Assembly: GCA_039715165.1 (NCBI GenBank)
Contig: JBDLHX010000002.1
Span: forward strand, 1 to 59,526
DNA length: 59,526 nucleotides
From: Actinomycetota bacterium
GTDB taxonomy: Bacteria; Actinomycetota; Acidimicrobiia; Spongiisociales; UBA5794
Reading direction: 5' to 3'
Every line of letters begins with the position of its first letter. The stretch's first letter is position 1. A program made the translations under genes and the position numbers. Of the stretch, positions 57,936-59,526 are shown piece after piece. The notes below the pieces were generated by a model that searched no databases, was not told the DNA's origin, and saw only the letters and a list, made by a program, of their open reading frames with translations.

Positions 57936-59315
57936 ATGCGTACCGAAAGTGACTCGATGGGTGAGGTCTCCGTCCCCGACGACGCCTACTACGGGGCATC
58001 GACCCAACGGGCCGTCGACAACTTTCCGATCTCGGACCTGCGGTTCGGGCGGCGGTTCGTCTGGGCTCTCGGTCTCATCAAGGGCTCTGCGGCCGAGATG
58101 AACAAGTCGATGGGGAACGTCGATGCCGAGAAGGCCGACGCGATCATCGAAGCGGCCGACGAGATGATGTCGGGCCGGTTCGACGACCAGTTCGTCGTCG
58201 ACATCTTCCAGACCGGATCGGGCACGTCGACGAACATGAACGCCAACGAGGTGTTGGCGAACCGGGCAACCGAGATCCTCGGCGGCGACTTCGGCTCGAA
58301 GCTCGTGCACCCGAACGACGACGTCAACGCGGGCACGTCGTCGAACGACGTCATCCCGACGGCGATGCACGTCGCCGCCGTCGCGGCGATGGAGGAGGAT
58401 CTTCTCCCGGCGCTTCGGAACCTCAAGACGAGCCTCGATGCCAAGGCGATCGAGTTCGACGATGTGCTGAAGTCGGGCCGCACGCACCTTCAGGATGCCA
58501 CGCCGATCCGGCTCGGCCAGGAGTTCGCGGGTTACGCCGCACAGGTGGGCAAGGCTGTTGGTCGGATCGAGACGGTGCTCCCCGAACTGCGCGAACTGGC
58601 GCTCGGCGGAACCGCGGTTGGTACCGGCATCAATGCGCCGGTGGGCTTCGCTGCGGGGACGATCGAGATCATGAGCCGCCGGTCCGGCTTCGCCTTCGTC
58701 GAGGCAGAGAACCACTTTGAGGCGCAGGCGGCGAAGGACGCATATGTCAACGCCTCCGGCGTGCTCAAGACGGTCGCGACCTCCATGTTCAAGATCGTCA
58801 ACGACCTCCGCTGGCTGTCGTCGGGCCCACGCAACGGTATCGGTGAGATCGCACTTCCGTCGCTCCAGCCCGGCTCGTCGATCATGCCCGGGAAGATCAA
58901 CCCGGTCATCCCGGAAGCCGTGATGATGATCGCCTCCCGTGTGTTCGGGAACGACGTCACGATCACCTGGGGCGGAGCAAACGGCAACTTCGAGCTGAAC
59001 GTCATGATGCCCGTGATGAGCCACGCGATGCTCGAGTCGATCGAGCTCCTGGCAGCCGGCGCCCGTGTCCTCAAGGCCATGACGGTCGACGGCATCACCG
59101 CCAACGCCGAGCGGGCGGCCTTCCTCCTCGACCAGAACGCCATCGTTGCGACCTCGCTCGTGCCCCACATTGGGTACGACAAGGTTGCCGTTGTCATCAA
59201 GAAGGCGTTTGCCGAAGGTCGTGGCGTTCGCGCGGTCGCTCTCGAGATGGAGGTCCTCCCCGAGGACGAGCTCGACGCAGCCCTCGACGTCCGCCCAATG
59301 ACCGAAGGCGGCTGA
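57936..59315 (+). CDS. aspA: class II fumarase/aspartase-family lyase, most likely aspartate ammonia-lyase
   Basis: GSSIMPGKINPVIPE signature loop (NPV[IV]PE is aspartase-like, while FumC has NPTQCE). N-terminus MRTESDSMGEVSVPDDAYYGASTQRAVDNFPIS. Confidence 0.85.
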   Translation: MRTESDSMGEVSVPDDAYYGASTQRAVDNFPISDLRFGRRFVWALGLIKGSAAEMNKSMGNVDAEKADAIIEAADEMMSGRFDDQFVVDIFQTGSGTSTNMNANEVLANRATEILGGDFGSKLVHPNDDVNAGTSSNDVIPTAMHVAAVAAMEEDLLPALRNLKTSLDAKAIEFDDVLKSGRTHLQDATPIRLGQEFAGYAAQVGKAVGRIETVLPELRELALGGTAVGTGINAPVGFAAGTIEIMSRRSGFAFVEAENHFEAQAAKDAYVNASGVLKTVATSMFKIVNDLRWLSSGPRNGIGEIALPSLQPGSSIMPGKINPVIPEAVMMIASRVFGNDVTITWGGANGNFELNVMMPVMSHAMLESIELLAAGARVLKAMTVDGITANAERAAFLLDQNAIVATSLVPHIGYDKVAVVIKKAFAEGRGVRAVALEMEVLPEDELDAALDVRPMTEGG

Positions 59316-59340
59316 CCGAGCAGTCGCCTCCCCCACGAAG

Positions 59341-59526
59341 CCTGGATCCGCGGCTTCTCGTCGGCGTTCACGTGGGATGCGTTGGTGTGACTGCGTCTTC
59401 ACGGGTGCGGTTCCTCACGAAATGGGCGAGCGTGTGAGCGGCACTCTTTCGCTTTCTCCCCCGCCGGAACGGTGGGGGAGATGGCCGGTAGGTCAGAAGG
59501 GGGGGGCGGTGCAGGTTTGGGGGAAC
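59341..59526 (+). repeat. copy B of the two-copy non-coding element, truncated by the window end
   Basis: Begins about 25 nt after the lyase stop codon. See copy A for the shared blocks. Confidence 0.8.

Noticed and set aside
57597-59402. Very long antisense ORFs opposite well-supported genes. Examples: 57597..59402 (601 aa, opposite the lyase), 45335..46816 (opposite the Eis-like gene), 34036..35508 (opposite GH57), 9154..10773 (opposite EF-G), 48234..49628 (opposite ClC), 19727..20989 and 40512..41549.
   Set aside because: Their translations are Arg/Gly/Asp/Pro-rich and have no recognisable motifs, while the opposite strand encodes clearly recognisable proteins. Stop-free antisense frames of this kind are expected in high-GC DNA.

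Overview
High-GC, gene-dense chromosomal segment that looks like Actinomycetota. The markers are NucS, the mazG-eno-ftsB-DUF501-ppx synteny, a DUF222/HNH gene, an Eis-like GNAT, menaquinone genes, and a suf cluster with an embedded Rieske gene. I call about 52 protein genes and one tRNA-Leu(UAA). All calls rest on reading the supplied translations and the DNA by eye; no database search, folding or covariance model was run.

Content, left to right:
- a truncated alpha/beta hydrolase and a DUF222/HNH gene
- a ROK kinase, a PpiC-type lipoprotein, then mazG-eno-ftsB-DUF501-ppx
- an EF-G paralogue and tRNA-Leu
- two tandem PLDc_N+SHOCT membrane proteins, divergent from a GGDEF-EAL protein
- an ABC-F ATPase
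- an OmpR/HK pair with exported neighbours
- a FetB-like permease
- a reversed-order Pat-like GNAT/ADP-forming acyl-CoA synthetase, then a CBS-BON protein
- a menaquinone cluster (menH?-menF, menD, menA, menB, menE)
- a long minus-strand operon of exported or odd proteins (PQQ-propeller, EEP-like, M3 peptidase, GH57, CHAD)
- an ABC exporter pair plus a class V aminotransferase
- a methyltransferase and an Eis-like GNAT
- sufB, then about 6 kb of unrelated genes (ClC, nucS, sigma factor, glycoside-hydrolase-like lipoprotein, family-5 UDG, M23 peptidase), then sufD-Rieske-sufC
- a Sir2 deacetylase and an aspartase/fumarase-family lyase

I saw no CRISPR array, integrase, transposase or recognisable defence island.

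The most unusual signals:
1. A structured non-coding element present twice. One copy fills an anomalous 436-bp gap between menB and menA. The other lies just after the last gene and is cut by the window edge.
2. The split suf cluster, with possible leaderless-type junctions.
3. The translationally coupled PLDc_N-SHOCT pair.
4. An EEP-like membrane protein with degenerate catalytic motifs inside the exported-protein operon.
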